From the NCBI GenBank assembly GCA_025964625.1, contig JAOPYL010000214.1, positions 7,542 to 71,541 of the forward strand: a stretch of DNA of 64,000 bases. Direction: 5' to 3'. The DNA is from Actinoallomurus sp. GTDB taxonomy: Bacteria > Actinomycetota > Actinomycetes > Streptosporangiales > Streptosporangiaceae. The notes under the pieces were generated by a model that was not told where the DNA came from, did not search any database, and was given only the letters and a program-made list of their open reading frames with translations. A program made the position numbers and the translations under genes. Below, piece by piece: positions 9,177-20,142 of the stretch (positions are counted from its first letter, which is position 1; the number at the start of each line of letters is the position of its first letter).

Positions 9177-9959
9177 GTGGACCGGGCGGTACAGACGGCG
9201 GCACCGGGGAGGCCCGGCGCGAGCCGGCGCGGCCTCCACTACGGGGTGTGCGTGTTCCTGATCGTCTTCGGCATCACGAAGATCGCTGAGCTCGTCGGCT
9301 GGTCCCGCCTGCACGGTGACGCCGTCACGATGCTCGGCCTCGGCGGTGGCTCGGTGACGGCGCTGCTGGTCGCCGGGAAGGGCGCCGAGCTGCTGCTCAC
9401 CGCGGCCGCCGCGCTCGCCCTGGCCCGCCGCGACGACGTGTGGCTGCTCGCCGCGCTCGCGGGCTGGACGGCCTACCTCGCGCTGCTGGCGGTCGTGGCC
9501 GGGATCTGCGGCGACACGGGCAGGCTCGTCCAGCACGGGCTCTTCTTCGTCGCCTTCGCCGGGCTGCTGGTGGTGACCTGCGTGCTGGGCCGCGGCGTCC
9601 GCGCTCCGCATCCGGCCGGCACGGCCCGTGGCCCGCTCTCGCAGACCCAGGAGATCGCGCTCGCCACGCTCGCGCGGCTGCGGCGGCCCGGCTCACGGGC
9701 GGGATCGGGGCCACTTCCGGATCCGGGGCGGGATCCGCTTCCCGGGCCGGACTCGGGACCTGGCCCGCACGCCTCCCCCGAACCGACCCGTCAGGATCCG
9801 CCCGTGCGCCGCAGCGACATCACACGGCAGGAGCCGCCGGTGCACCGGACCGATGTCACACGTCAGGACCTGCCCGTTCGCGGAGGCTGTGCCACTCCAT
9901 CTGAGCCGCCCTCCGACCCGCCTCCGGACGACGTCACCCGCCCCGGGCAGGGCCCCTGA
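9177..9959 (+). CDS. Membrane protein with Pro-rich, repeat-containing C-terminal tail
   Basis: About four hydrophobic segments, then a Pro/Thr-rich tail; GAGGGG precedes the GTG start. Confidence 0.7.
   Translation: MDRAVQTAAPGRPGASRRGLHYGVCVFLIVFGITKIAELVGWSRLHGDAVTMLGLGGGSVTALLVAGKGAELLLTAAAALALARRDDVWLLAALAGWTAYLALLAVVAGICGDTGRLVQHGLFFVAFAGLLVVTCVLGRGVRAPHPAGTARGPLSQTQEIALATLARLRRPGSRAGSGPLPDPGRDPLPGPDSGPGPHASPEPTRQDPPVRRSDITRQEPPVHRTDVTRQDLPVRGGCATPSEPPSDPPPDDVTRPGQGP
9786..9881 (+). repeat. 36-bp coding tandem repeat (TRQDPPVRRSDI / TRQEPPVHRTDV / TRQDLPVR)
   Basis: Read directly from the translation of 9177-9959. Confidence 0.8.
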
Positions 9960-10038
9960 GACCGGGGCGATTCGCGCCTGAGCCCGGGCGAGTGAAGATG
10001 GCATCGGGAAGAGCGACAAAAGTTCGGCAAAATTGCAC

Positions 10039-10068
10039 AATCTCGACGATTAACACAGTTGTGTCAAT
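10039..10068 (-). promoter_or_regulatory. Sigma70-like promoter TTGACA-N17-GAGATT with an overlapping 20-bp palindrome
   Basis: Minus strand TTGACA at 10067-10062 and GAGATT at 10044-10039; ATTAACACA-GT-TGTGTCAAT at 10049-10068; AT-rich patch between convergent genes. Confidence 0.45.
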
Positions 10069-10127
10069 TTATCGGCATCATCCCCTGACCATACCGGCCG
10101 ATCCCGCGACCGGCGCCCCAGGGGCTT

Positions 10128-10802
10128 TCAGGATTCGGAGACGAGGCGGGCGACGGCGGTCATGGTGCCGGGGGCGACCTCGGTGAAACCGCCGTCGTGG
10201 ACGGAGACGTCGGCCTCGGCGACGGCGCGACGCCAGTCGTCCGGCTCGGCCACCCGCACGCGCAGGCCCGGCCAGGCGCCCACCGCGCGCAACAGCAGCT
10301 GCGCCGCATGGCCGCACTGCGCGGCCGCCTTGCCGGTCGTTATCGCCACGCCGGGATTCAGGCTGACAAGGGCGTACGGGACCGCCGGCGGCGGTTTGGG
10401 CTCGTCGTCGCGTGGCAGGTCCGTGCCGCCGACCTGAAGCTTGGATATCTCCGGGGGTACCTCGGTGACCGGGCCGGGAACGAACGCCCTGGCCTGCGCA
10501 CCCTCGTGGTCCACCAGTACACCGGGAAGGTGGCCGACGGCGTCCCAGCGGGCGCCCCGGGCGCGCCGGACGACCTTGCGGATGCGCCGGGACTCCCAGC
10601 TCGCGACGGCCTCGTGCCACTCCCCGCCCGGCGCCGACCGCGGGTCGGCGAGCAGGGTCACGGCGGCCATCGCGGCGGCCTCACACACGGCCAGATGGGA
10701 TGGCGGCGCGGCCTTCTCCACGCGCAGGGCGAGCTGCATCGCCCACGCCGGTTCATCTGCCGGATCTTCGTACCCGCTCGCCGAGCTACTCACGACCACC
10801 AT
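10128..10802 (-). CDS. Actinobacterial peptidyl-tRNA hydrolase (PTH2-like)
   Basis: RIRKVVRRARGARW, GKAAAQCGHAAQL, VHDGGFTEVAPGTMT motifs; start uncertain. Confidence 0.8.
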   Translation of the reverse strand: MVVVSSSASGYEDPADEPAWAMQLALRVEKAAPPSHLAVCEAAAMAAVTLLADPRSAPGGEWHEAVASWESRRIRKVVRRARGARWDAVGHLPGVLVDHEGAQARAFVPGPVTEVPPEISKLQVGGTDLPRDDEPKPPPAVPYALVSLNPGVAITTGKAAAQCGHAAQLLLRAVGAWPGLRVRVAEPDDWRRAVAEADVSVHDGGFTEVAPGTMTAVARLVSES

Positions 10803-11085
10803 GTCTACACAACGCGAGCCCGCCCGGCCCAATCGGGAGGTGACGGGCCGTTCATTGCGCGTCTCGCGCCGACCACGAACGGGCCTGACGAGGTGCGGCC
10901 GGCCCAGGGCCAGCGGAGCTTGGTCAGGGCGTCAGGGGAGCACCCGGTGTCATCGCACTGGCGATCGTCGGAGCCGGCGCCCGCATAGAGGCCGCCATAC
11001 GCGATTCCGCTCGTGGCAGCGTGGATGAATGACCCGGATCTCCCTGACGACCTCCGGCCGCACCCGCCCATGGGATGGTGGACAG

Positions 11086-11634
11086 ATGATCCAGATCTCC
11101 ACTCGCGTGGTCTATGAGAACCGCTGGATGTCGGTGCGTGAGGACGACATCCGCCACCCCGACGGCTCTCCCGGCATCTACGGCGTCGTGGACAAGCCGA
11201 CGGCGGCGCTGATCATCCCGATGGAGAATGACGGGTTCCACCTGGTCGAGCAGTACCGTTACACGCTTTCCCGCAGGTCGTGGGAGTTCCCTCAGGGGAC
11301 CTGGCCCGATGACCGGGAGACCACCATCGAGGAGCTGGCCCGTGCGGAGCTGGTCCAGGAGACCGGTCTGCGTGCGGCGACGCTCGAGCACATCGGCTCC
11401 TTCGCGATCGGGCCCGGTTTCACGAGCCAGGGCTGTGAGGTCTTCCTTGCCACGGACCTGACGCCGGGCGAGCCGGACCCCGACCCTGAGGAGCAGGAGA
11501 TGCGCCGGCGCTGGTTCGCCCGCACGGAGGTCGAGCGGATGATGCGCGACGGTGAAATCGTCGACGGCTGCACCATGGCCGCGTACACCCTGCTGTGGCG
11601 GGGAGCGCCCCGTGGCGGGACGCTCGATCGGTAG
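11086..11634 (+). CDS. NUDIX hydrolase (ADP-ribose pyrophosphatase-like)
   Basis: VVYENRWMSVREDDI, VEQYRY, Nudix box WEFPQG...ARAELVQETG. The track ORF starts at 11029. Confidence 0.9.
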   Translation: MIQISTRVVYENRWMSVREDDIRHPDGSPGIYGVVDKPTAALIIPMENDGFHLVEQYRYTLSRRSWEFPQGTWPDDRETTIEELARAELVQETGLRAATLEHIGSFAIGPGFTSQGCEVFLATDLTPGEPDPDPEEQEMRRRWFARTEVERMMRDGEIVDGCTMAAYTLLWRGAPRGGTLDR

Positions 11635-11736
11635 GGGCGCCCGGGGCGGTGCGGCTGTGCCGGCCTGCTTCCGCTACCGGCCCGGACGCTGGGACGTCGA
11701 CGCGCTCAACGCACGGCTGGGGAAGGAACTTTTCCG

Positions 11737-12292
11737 ATGAAGCGCATCCGCTGGTGGTACGGGCCGCTGTTGCCGGCCTGTCTGTCGCTGTGCGCAGCCG
11801 GGTGCGCGGGGGCACGGCGTCGGCACCGCGCAGCCCAGCCTCGGCCGGCAGCGGCTCCGCGTCCGCTGCGCTCATCGGCCCGGAGGGCCGGCCCGGATGT
11901 CGTCCGGCCTCTCCGATGCGCACGGTGCCGCCCCTGCAGGGGACCGGCCCAGGCAGTCCCGAGGTGCAGGGGACCGGCCGTGGAGTTCAACTGTGGGGTC
12001 TCATCATGCTTCCGCTGCGATCACCCCTAGTCCACACGGGGGACAACACGGTGAAGATCGTCTGGAGGATGACCGGCGAAGGTGACCTGCGACTGTCGGC
12101 CATCGGGCCGATGGCCGACACCGGCGCCTGATCTGGGGGCCCGAGGAGCACGGCGGCAGCACCTACCACCGCCCCGGCCAGGAATGGGGCGCCGCATACC
12201 GCTTCGACCAACCAGGCTGCTGGGACCTGCACGCCGTCCGGGGCACGGCGAGCGCCGATGTCTGGATCAAGGTCGCCGGCCGATCCTCATGA
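11737..12292 (+). pseudogene. Secreted lipoprotein gene split by two -1 frameshifts
   Basis: Signal peptide and lipobox (MKRIRWW...LCAAGC) in one frame, middle (VQLWGLIM...VKIVWRMTGEG) in a second, C-terminus (LIWGPEEHGGSTYHRPGQEWGAAYRFDQPGCWDL...*) in a third. Confidence 0.7.
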
Positions 12293-12322
12293 CCCCACCC
12301 GGATCTGCGGCGGCCGGCCCGC

Positions 12323-13621
12323 TCAGACCGCGGACAGCGTGGCGCTCAGCTCGTCGGCGCGGGCCTTCGTGAGGCCGCCCTCACGGAGCCGTACAGCGAT
12401 CTTGGCGCGCAGCTCGGTCACCCGCTGCCGCAGGTCGATCCGTTGCCCCGCGGCGAGCTCACCCTGCAGGCCGGTGATGAGGTTGTCGAGATCGACGGCC
12501 ACGTCGGGGCGTACCTCGCGGACCGCCATGCCCTCGTCGACGGTGCGGCGCATGCGGGTCAGCGCCTCGATCGCGCCCGGCGGGGTGGCCCCCAGCAGCC
12601 GCAGCGGTGCGGTGGGCGTGGTCCGGGTCCGGCTCCGTCTTCTGTACGGCCTGGTGGACGGCGTCGCGGACGCCGATGCCGACGGCGAATCGGAACTCGT
12701 GATGGGCGCCATCGGGGTGGCGCTGACCGCCGTCGGCGGGGGCGGCCCGGGCGGCGACGAGTTGACCGGCGCGGCCACCGGCCTGAAGGCCGCGCCGCCC
12801 AGGACGATGGTGAGCGCGGCGACGGCCGACGCCGCTGCCCCGCCCCCGACGAGGACCAGGCGGCGGTGCGTCGCCGTCTTGTCGGTGAGCACACGCGTGC
12901 GCGGGCGTACGACCGGCTCGGGCGGGGCGGAGTCCTGCCCGGCGGCCGGCTGCTCCTCGGGCCCCATCCCCAGCGCCGCCGCGACCTCGGCGGCCGATGG
13001 CCGGGCCGAGGAGGAGTCCGCGACGCAGCGTTCCTGCAGTCCGCCGAGGCTCTCCCCCGGCTCTGGGCGGCGTCCCTTCACCGCTTCGAACCACACGATC
13101 CCGAGGGCGTACACGTCGGCGGAGGGCGAAAGGTCGTTCTCCGGCGGGAGGTAGGCGGGTGTGCCCATCCCCGCGTCGTCGGCGATGCCGAAGTCGAGCA
13201 CCTTCACCCCGGAGGAGGTCAGGAACACGTTCGTGGGCTTGATGTCGCGGTGGACGATCCGCGCGGCGTGCGCGGCGGCCAGCGCCGACGCGATCTCGCC
13301 GATCACGCGTTCGACATCCGGCACCGGGAACCGCTCGACGAGCGTCGTGCCCGTGAGCAGCTCCATGACGATGTACGGCGTGCCGTCGGACTCACCGTAG
13401 TCGTGGACGGTCACGATGTGCGGGTGCGACAGCGCGGCGGCGGCCCTCGCCTCCTCGCGGAAGCGTTCGCGGAACGCCGGTTCCCGCACCAGGTCCGGGT
13501 CTATGAGCTTCACCGCCACGGGGCGGACCAGAACCTCGTCGCGTGCGAGCCATACCGATGCCATGCCACCGCTGCCGATGCGCTGGCGCAGCCGGTAACG
13601 GCCGGCGAGGAGCGAGTCCAT
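12323..13621 (-). CDS. Membrane-anchored Hanks-type Ser/Thr protein kinase
   Basis: GSGGMASVW, VAVK, HRDIKPTN, DFG, GTPAYLPPE, ADVYALG; then a TM helix, Pro/Ser linker and helical C-terminal domain. Confidence 0.9.
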   Translation of the reverse strand: MDSLLAGRYRLRQRIGSGGMASVWLARDEVLVRPVAVKLIDPDLVREPAFRERFREEARAAAALSHPHIVTVHDYGESDGTPYIVMELLTGTTLVERFPVPDVERVIGEIASALAAAHAARIVHRDIKPTNVFLTSSGVKVLDFGIADDAGMGTPAYLPPENDLSPSADVYALGIVWFEAVKGRRPEPGESLGGLQERCVADSSSARPSAAEVAAALGMGPEEQPAAGQDSAPPEPVVRPRTRVLTDKTATHRRLVLVGGGAAASAVAALTIVLGGAAFRPVAAPVNSSPPGPPPPTAVSATPMAPITSSDSPSASASATPSTRPYRRRSRTRTTPTAPLRLLGATPPGAIEALTRMRRTVDEGMAVREVRPDVAVDLDNLITGLQGELAAGQRIDLRQRVTELRAKIAVRLREGGLTKARADELSATLSAV

Positions 13622-13625
13622 TCGC

Positions 13626-14645
13626 TCAGTCTTGCGCACAGGAGGATTCCCGCGTCACCAGATGCGTATCCAAGATGATCATGGACCGCTCCATCGCCTC
13701 CCCCCGGATGCGGGAGACGAGCAGCCGCGCCATCTCGCGGCCCATCGCCTCCAGTGGCTGGTGCACCGAGGTCAGAGGCGGGTCGGTGTGCCGTGCCGTC
13801 GCCGAGTCGTCGAAGCCGACCACGGCGACGTCGCCGGGAATCCGCCGTCCTTCTTGCTTCAGAGCCCGCATCGCGCCCATCGCCATCGTGTCCGAGGCGG
13901 CGAACACCGCGTCCAGTCCGGCGTCCCGTGCGAGCAGTTCGCGCATTCCGCGCGCCCCGGACTCCTCGCTGAAGTCGCCGACGGCGACCAGCTCCTCCAG
14001 CCCGGCCGCGGACAGGGCGTCGGAGTAGCCGCTGAGCCGGTCGACGCCCACGCGCATGTCCTGCGGGCCGGTGATCGTGGCGACCCGGCGGCGTCCCAGG
14101 CCGATCAGATGCTCGACGGCGTTACGGGCGCCGCCGCGGTTGTCGGCGTCCACGCAGCTCACCGGCTCTACGCCGACGGGCGCGCCGCCGAGGACGGTGG
14201 GCACGCCGCTGTCCTCCAGGTGACGCGGCAGCGGATCGCCGCCGTGCAAGGAGATCAGCAGTACGCCGTCGACGTGGTGACCGGTCAGGTAGTGCTCGAA
14301 GCGCTCGTGCTCGTCGGCGGACTGGGCGATCGCCAGCAGGAGCTGCAGGCCGGTGCCGGCGAGCCCGGCGCTGATCCCCCGGATGATCCCGGCGAAGTAC
14401 GGCTCCCCGAAGACCCGTTCCTCCGACTCGGACACGAACAACGCCACCGTGTCCGTACGTCGCGTGACGAGGGTGCGGGCGGCACGGTTGGGGACGTACC
14501 CGAGCTCGTCGATGGCCTGCCGCACGGCCTCCCGCGCCTCCGGGCTGACCTTCGGCGACCCGTTGATCACGCGCGACACCGTGCCGCGGCCGACCCCCGC
14601 GCGCGCCGCCACGGCTTCGAGGGTCGGCCGCCCACCGGTCGTCAC
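13626..14645 (-). CDS. cebR: LacI-family cellobiose repressor (CebR/CelR)
   Basis: PTLEAVAARAGVGRGTVSRVING HTH; VVGFDD, PPLTSVHQP; downstream of bglC; CebR box upstream of the operon. Confidence 0.9.
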   Translation of the reverse strand: MTTGGRPTLEAVAARAGVGRGTVSRVINGSPKVSPEAREAVRQAIDELGYVPNRAARTLVTRRTDTVALFVSESEERVFGEPYFAGIIRGISAGLAGTGLQLLLAIAQSADEHERFEHYLTGHHVDGVLLISLHGGDPLPRHLEDSGVPTVLGGAPVGVEPVSCVDADNRGGARNAVEHLIGLGRRRVATITGPQDMRVGVDRLSGYSDALSAAGLEELVAVGDFSEESGARGMRELLARDAGLDAVFAASDTMAMGAMRALKQEGRRIPGDVAVVGFDDSATARHTDPPLTSVHQPLEAMGREMARLLVSRIRGEAMERSMIILDTHLVTRESSCAQD

Positions 14646-14724
14646 GAGTTCTTCTCCCCGTACGGATCGGGGCCCGGCGGCAGGTGCCGTGGGAGGGGAT
14701 CCGGCGTTCGCTCGTTCGCTGCGC

Positions 14725-16136
<1,412 letters not shown>

Positions 16137-16140
<4 letters not shown>

Positions 16141-17012
16141 GCTTTGACGGCACCTTCCATAATTCCGCCGATGATCTGGCGGCCGAAGACCACGAAGACG
16201 ACGAACAGCGGGACGATCGCGATGACGGTCCCGGCGAACATGAGCGTGTAGTCGTTGAAGTAGGCGCTGTTGAGCAGCGCCAGGGAGTACTGGACCGTCG
16301 GGTTGTCGGGGTTGAGCACCGCGCGCGGCCAGATGAACTCGTTCCACGTCTGCATGAACGTGAACAGCGCCAGCACCGAGGCGGCCGGGCGCAGCGCGGG
16401 CAGCACCACGCTCCAGAAGATCCGGAATGTGGTGGCGCCGTCGACGCGGGCCGCCTCGATCAGCTCGTCCGGGACGGCCTGCGCCGCGTACTGGCGCATC
16501 ATGAACACCCCGAACCCGGTGACCAGGAACGGCACGATCACGGCCTGGAGCCTCCCGGTCCAGTGCAGGTGCACCATGACCATGTAGAGCGGGATGATCC
16601 CCATCTGGACCGGGACCATCATCGTGGCCACGATCACCAGCAGCAGCGCGTTGCGCCCGCGGAAGCGCAGCTTGGCGAAGGCGAACCCGGCCAGCGAGGA
16701 GAAGAACACCGTCGAGGCGGCCACGACGGCCGAGGCGATCGCGGAGTTCACCAGCGCCTTGGCGAAGTGCGCCTGCTCGTTCTCGAACAGGCGGCGGACG
16801 TTCTCACCGAGGTGGTGTCCGGCGATGAACGGCGGCGGCACCGCGCCGACGACGTCGTTGGTCCGGGTCGCGACGACGAACATCCAGTACAGCGGGAACG
16901 CCGACAGCACGATCCCGACGATGAGCACCGCGTAGGTCAGCGGGCTCGCCTGCCAGAGCCGCGCGGAGCCCGCCACGGCGCCCCGCGTACGGCGGCGGAT
17001 GACGTCCTTCAT
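16137..17012 (-). CDS. cebG: Cellobiose ABC transporter permease
   Basis: AFAKLRFRGR and EAA loop ELIEAARVDGA; 4-nt overlaps with neighbours. Confidence 0.9.
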
Positions 17013-17971
17013 GTCCTGCCTCCCGCGAGACGGCGAATGATCAGGAAGTTGAGGAGCGAGAAGACGAGGATCAGCAGGAAGAGCATCCAGGCGACCGCCG
17101 AGCCGTAGCCGTACTGGAAGCGCTGGAAGGCGTTCTCGAACATGTACATCGCCACGGTCTGGGACTGCCTGAGAGAGCCGCCGTTCATGTAGCCGTTGTT
17201 GAACAGCAGCGGCTCGGTGAACAGCTGCAGGCCACCGATGGTGGAGACGATCGAGACGAAGACGATCGTCGGGCGCAGCAGCGGCACCGTGATCCGCCAG
17301 AACTGCCTGGTACGCGAGGCGCCGTCGATCGCCGCCGCCTCGTACAGGCTCTGCGGGATCGCCTGCATGCCGGCGAGGAAGATCAGCGCGTTGTAGCCGG
17401 TCCACCGCCAGTCGACCATGGTGGCGACCGCCAGCCACGACGACCACTTGTTCGCCTGCCAGTCGATCTTGTGGACGCCGAAGAAGTGCAGCACCCAGTT
17501 GGCCATGCCGTAGTCGCGGCCGTAGAGCTGCGTGAACACGATCGCGACCGCCGCCACCGAGGTCACCAGCGGCAGCAGCACGCCCATCCGGAACAGGGTC
17601 GGCGCCCGCATCCGCCGGTTCAGCGCGCCCGCGAGCATGAGCGCCAGCAGCAGCTGCGGGACCGTGGCGATGACGAACATCCCGAAGGTGTTGCCGACGG
17701 CGTTCCAGAACTGGTCGTCGGCGAGCAGGGCCCGGTAGTTGCGGAGGCCGATGTACTGGTGACCGCCGATGATCTCCCAGTGGTTCAGGGAGACCCAGAA
17801 GGTGTAGCCGAGCGGGAACAGGCCGAACACCACGAACAGCAGGTAGAACGGCGAGATGTACAGGTAAGGGGAGAGTGTCAGGTCCAGCTGCGAGAGCCGG
17901 GCCCGGATGCGCCCCCGCCCGGACGGCGCGGCGCGGACGCCGGCCGGGGCGGGTCGCAGATCGACAGCCAT
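17009..17971 (-). CDS. cebF: Cellobiose ABC transporter permease
   Basis: YLYISPF, WRWTGYNALIFLAGMQAIP, LYEAAAIDGA. Confidence 0.9.
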   Translation of the reverse strand: MAVDLRPAPAGVRAAPSGRGRIRARLSQLDLTLSPYLYISPFYLLFVVFGLFPLGYTFWVSLNHWEIIGGHQYIGLRNYRALLADDQFWNAVGNTFGMFVIATVPQLLLALMLAGALNRRMRAPTLFRMGVLLPLVTSVAAVAIVFTQLYGRDYGMANWVLHFFGVHKIDWQANKWSSWLAVATMVDWRWTGYNALIFLAGMQAIPQSLYEAAAIDGASRTRQFWRITVPLLRPTIVFVSIVSTIGGLQLFTEPLLFNNGYMNGGSLRQSQTVAMYMFENAFQRFQYGYGSAVAWMLFLLILVFSLLNFLIIRRLAGGRT

Positions 17972-18008
17972 CGAGATGTCCTTTCACGGGGACGGCGAGC
18001 CGTGGGAG

Positions 18009-18041
18009 GCGGGCGGCGTGTCCTGGGAGAGCGCCGCCCGC
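18009..18041. other. Intercistronic stem-loop after cebE
   Basis: 10-bp stem GCGGGCGGCG/CGCCGCCCGC between the SBP and permease genes. Confidence 0.55.
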
Positions 18042-18047
18042 CCGTTC

Positions 18048-19376
18048 TCACCCCGTGCCCGCCGCCTTCTTGGCGTCGGAGACGGCCCTGTCCCATCCGG
18101 AGGCCGGCGAGAGCTTGCCCTGGGCGATCGCCCGAATGTCGGCCTCGACCGCCTGCCGGACCTCCTGGTTGTCGGCTCCCAGGTAGACGGGCTTGAGGCT
18201 CGTCGCGGCCGGTCCGTAGATCTGGCCCACCGGCGCGTTGTTGAAGTACGGGTTGGCGAACGCCTTGACCGCCGGGTCGTTCAGCGCCTGCGGTGAGGAG
18301 GGCAGGTTGTTGGCCGCCTTGAAGGCCCCGATCTGGCCCTGCGGGCTGGTCAGGAACTTGACCAGGTCTGCGGCCTCCTTCGGGTGTTTGCTCTGCGTGG
18401 GCACCGCGAGCCAGGAGCCGCCCCAGCTGCCGCCGCCGCCCGGGACGCCTGCGACGTCCCACTCGCCGCTCTGCCCGGCGCCGCCGAACTGCTTGATGAG
18501 CCCCAGCATCCAGGCCGGGCACGGCGCGGTCGCGAAGGCGTTCTTCTTGAGCGCCTGGCTCCACGGGTCCGACAGGAACTGGACGCCGTTCGCGAGGCCG
18601 GCCTGCGACATCTTCACGGTCTCGTCCCAGGCCGCCTTCACGGCCGGGTTGGAGTCCATGACGAACTTATTGCTCTGGTCGAAGTAGGTCTGGTTGGTGC
18701 CCTTGCCGGCCTCCTGCATGAGGATCGTGTTGTAGTACGTCTCGGGGCTGTCGATGAACTTCGTGCCGCCACCGATCTTGGACGTGAAGTTCTTCCCGGT
18801 GTTGATGAAGTCGTCCCAGGTGGGCCAGAGCTTGGTGACCGCGTCACGGTCCGAGGGCAGCCCGGCCTTCTTGAACAGGTCCCGGCGGTAACACAGCGCC
18901 ATGCTGCCGACGTCGGTGCCGAGCCCGATGAGCTTGCTGCCGTCCGGGCTCATGCCGCCCTGCCACTTCCACGGCACGAAGTCGTTCCGCAGCGCCGACG
19001 CGCCGTACTTCCTGAGGTCGACGAACCTGTCGGGCTGGGCCTTGAACTTGACCATGATGCCCTCTTCGATCGCGACCACGTCGCCGGCTCCGGCGCCCGC
19101 CGCGATCCACTGCTGGAGCCTCGGGGTGTAGTCGTCGAGCTTCGGGACGTTCCGCTCGTTGATCTTGATGTTCGGGTGCTGCGCCTCGTACTGCTTGTAA
19201 AGCTCCTGGTAGCCGAAGGTGCCGAAGTCGTCGACGGTCAGCGTGATCTTGTCGCTGGACCCGCCCGAACCACTCGGCGTGCCGTCGTCCCCCGAGCATG
19301 CCGTCGCCGCCGCGAGTGCGGCGGACAGCACCATCGCCAGGGCGGTGACTCGCCCGCGATGTCTGGTGACCCTCAT
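18048..19376 (-). CDS. cebE: Cellobiose/cello-oligosaccharide ABC solute-binding lipoprotein
   Basis: Lipobox AATACSG; GLGTDVGSMALCYRRDLF, GGGGSWGGSWL. Confidence 0.9.
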   Translation of the reverse strand: MRVTRHRGRVTALAMVLSAALAAATACSGDDGTPSGSGGSSDKITLTVDDFGTFGYQELYKQYEAQHPNIKINERNVPKLDDYTPRLQQWIAAGAGAGDVVAIEEGIMVKFKAQPDRFVDLRKYGASALRNDFVPWKWQGGMSPDGSKLIGLGTDVGSMALCYRRDLFKKAGLPSDRDAVTKLWPTWDDFINTGKNFTSKIGGGTKFIDSPETYYNTILMQEAGKGTNQTYFDQSNKFVMDSNPAVKAAWDETVKMSQAGLANGVQFLSDPWSQALKKNAFATAPCPAWMLGLIKQFGGAGQSGEWDVAGVPGGGGSWGGSWLAVPTQSKHPKEAADLVKFLTSPQGQIGAFKAANNLPSSPQALNDPAVKAFANPYFNNAPVGQIYGPAATSLKPVYLGADNQEVRQAVEADIRAIAQGKLSPASGWDRAVSDAKKAAGTG

Positions 19377-19442
19377 GACGGACCCCTCTCAGGTCGTCTC
19401 CATAGACGGGTTTGTGGCTGGGCTCACCGCGAGCCCGGCGCG

Positions 19443-19456
19443 TGGGAGCGCTCCCA
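19443..19456. promoter_or_regulatory. CebR/CelR box TGGGAGCGCTCCCA
   Basis: Exact 14-bp palindrome (extends to 18 bp, 19441-19458) upstream of cebE; this is the established CebR/CelR operator. Confidence 0.95.
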
Positions 19457-19559
19457 CGAAGCGAAGCCGGGAGGAGGCGAGATGTCAATAGCTCGCAACA
19501 GGTTCGTTACACGGGCGTCGGGTGGCACCAGGCCGCCGGGTCCGTGGCACGCTCGGAGG

Positions 19560-19976
19560 ATGAGGCTGAAGGAGGAGGCCGCCCGCGAACGGCTGGAGTG
19601 GGTGCCCGTCGTGCACCTGGCCACCGCGGACGAGACCGGATGCCCGCACGTCGTCGTCGCGACCTTCGCGGTCGACGGCGAGCGCGTCTACACGGCCGTC
19701 GACGCGAAGCCGAAGAGGACCCGTGACCTGAAACGCCTGCACAACATCCGGGAGAACCCCCGGGTGGCCGTGCTCGCCGACCACTACGAGGACGACTGGA
19801 CTCGCATCTGGTGGGTACGCGGCGACGCGACCGCCACGATCATCGAGGATCCGGACGGCATGGCCCTGCCCATCGCCCTGCTACAGGAGCGCTACGACCA
19901 GTACCGCGACGACCCGCCCGCGGGACCCGTCATCGCCATGACCGTCGAACGCTGGACCGGCTGGGCGTACGCCTGA
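19560..19976 (+). CDS. PPOX-class F420-dependent oxidoreductase (Rv0121/TIGR03668-like)
   Basis: VYTAVDAKPK, LHNIRENPRVAVLADHYEDDWTRIWWVR. Confidence 0.85.
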   Translation: MRLKEEAARERLEWVPVVHLATADETGCPHVVVATFAVDGERVYTAVDAKPKRTRDLKRLHNIRENPRVAVLADHYEDDWTRIWWVRGDATATIIEDPDGMALPIALLQERYDQYRDDPPAGPVIAMTVERWTGWAYA

Positions 19977-20103
19977 CCGCTACCCGGCGAGCAGCGCACG
20001 GACCTGGTCCCGCGAGCGGAACACCTCCGCACGCATACCGAGCTCGCGGGCCGCCGCCACGTTGACGGGGCGGCCCGGCGGCGCGACCCGGCGCGGCGCA
20101 CTT

Positions 20104-20136
20104 GTTGAGCAAGCGGTTGGGCGGACGCGCCATAAT
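20104..20136 (+). promoter_or_regulatory. KstR2-type operator (GTTGAGCAAGCGGTTGGG) plus -10 CATAAT; probable leaderless autoregulated promoter
   Basis: Degenerate operator at 20104-20121; CATAAT at 20131-20136 lies 6 nt before GTG 20143. Confidence 0.6.
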
Positions 20137-20142
20137 GAGAGG

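Noticed and set aside
10049-10080. dif-like site (GATGCCGATAA resembles an actinobacterial XerC arm)
   Set aside because: The position 6 bp away does not match the XerD arm TTATGTyAAnT; the promoter/operator reading fits better.
10884-11063. Guanidine-III-like start (CCTGACGAGGTGCG) and an 11-bp inverted repeat to ~11054
   Set aside because: No short-range pseudoknot, the partner is ~160 nt away, and the downstream gene is a NUDIX rather than a guanidine exporter.
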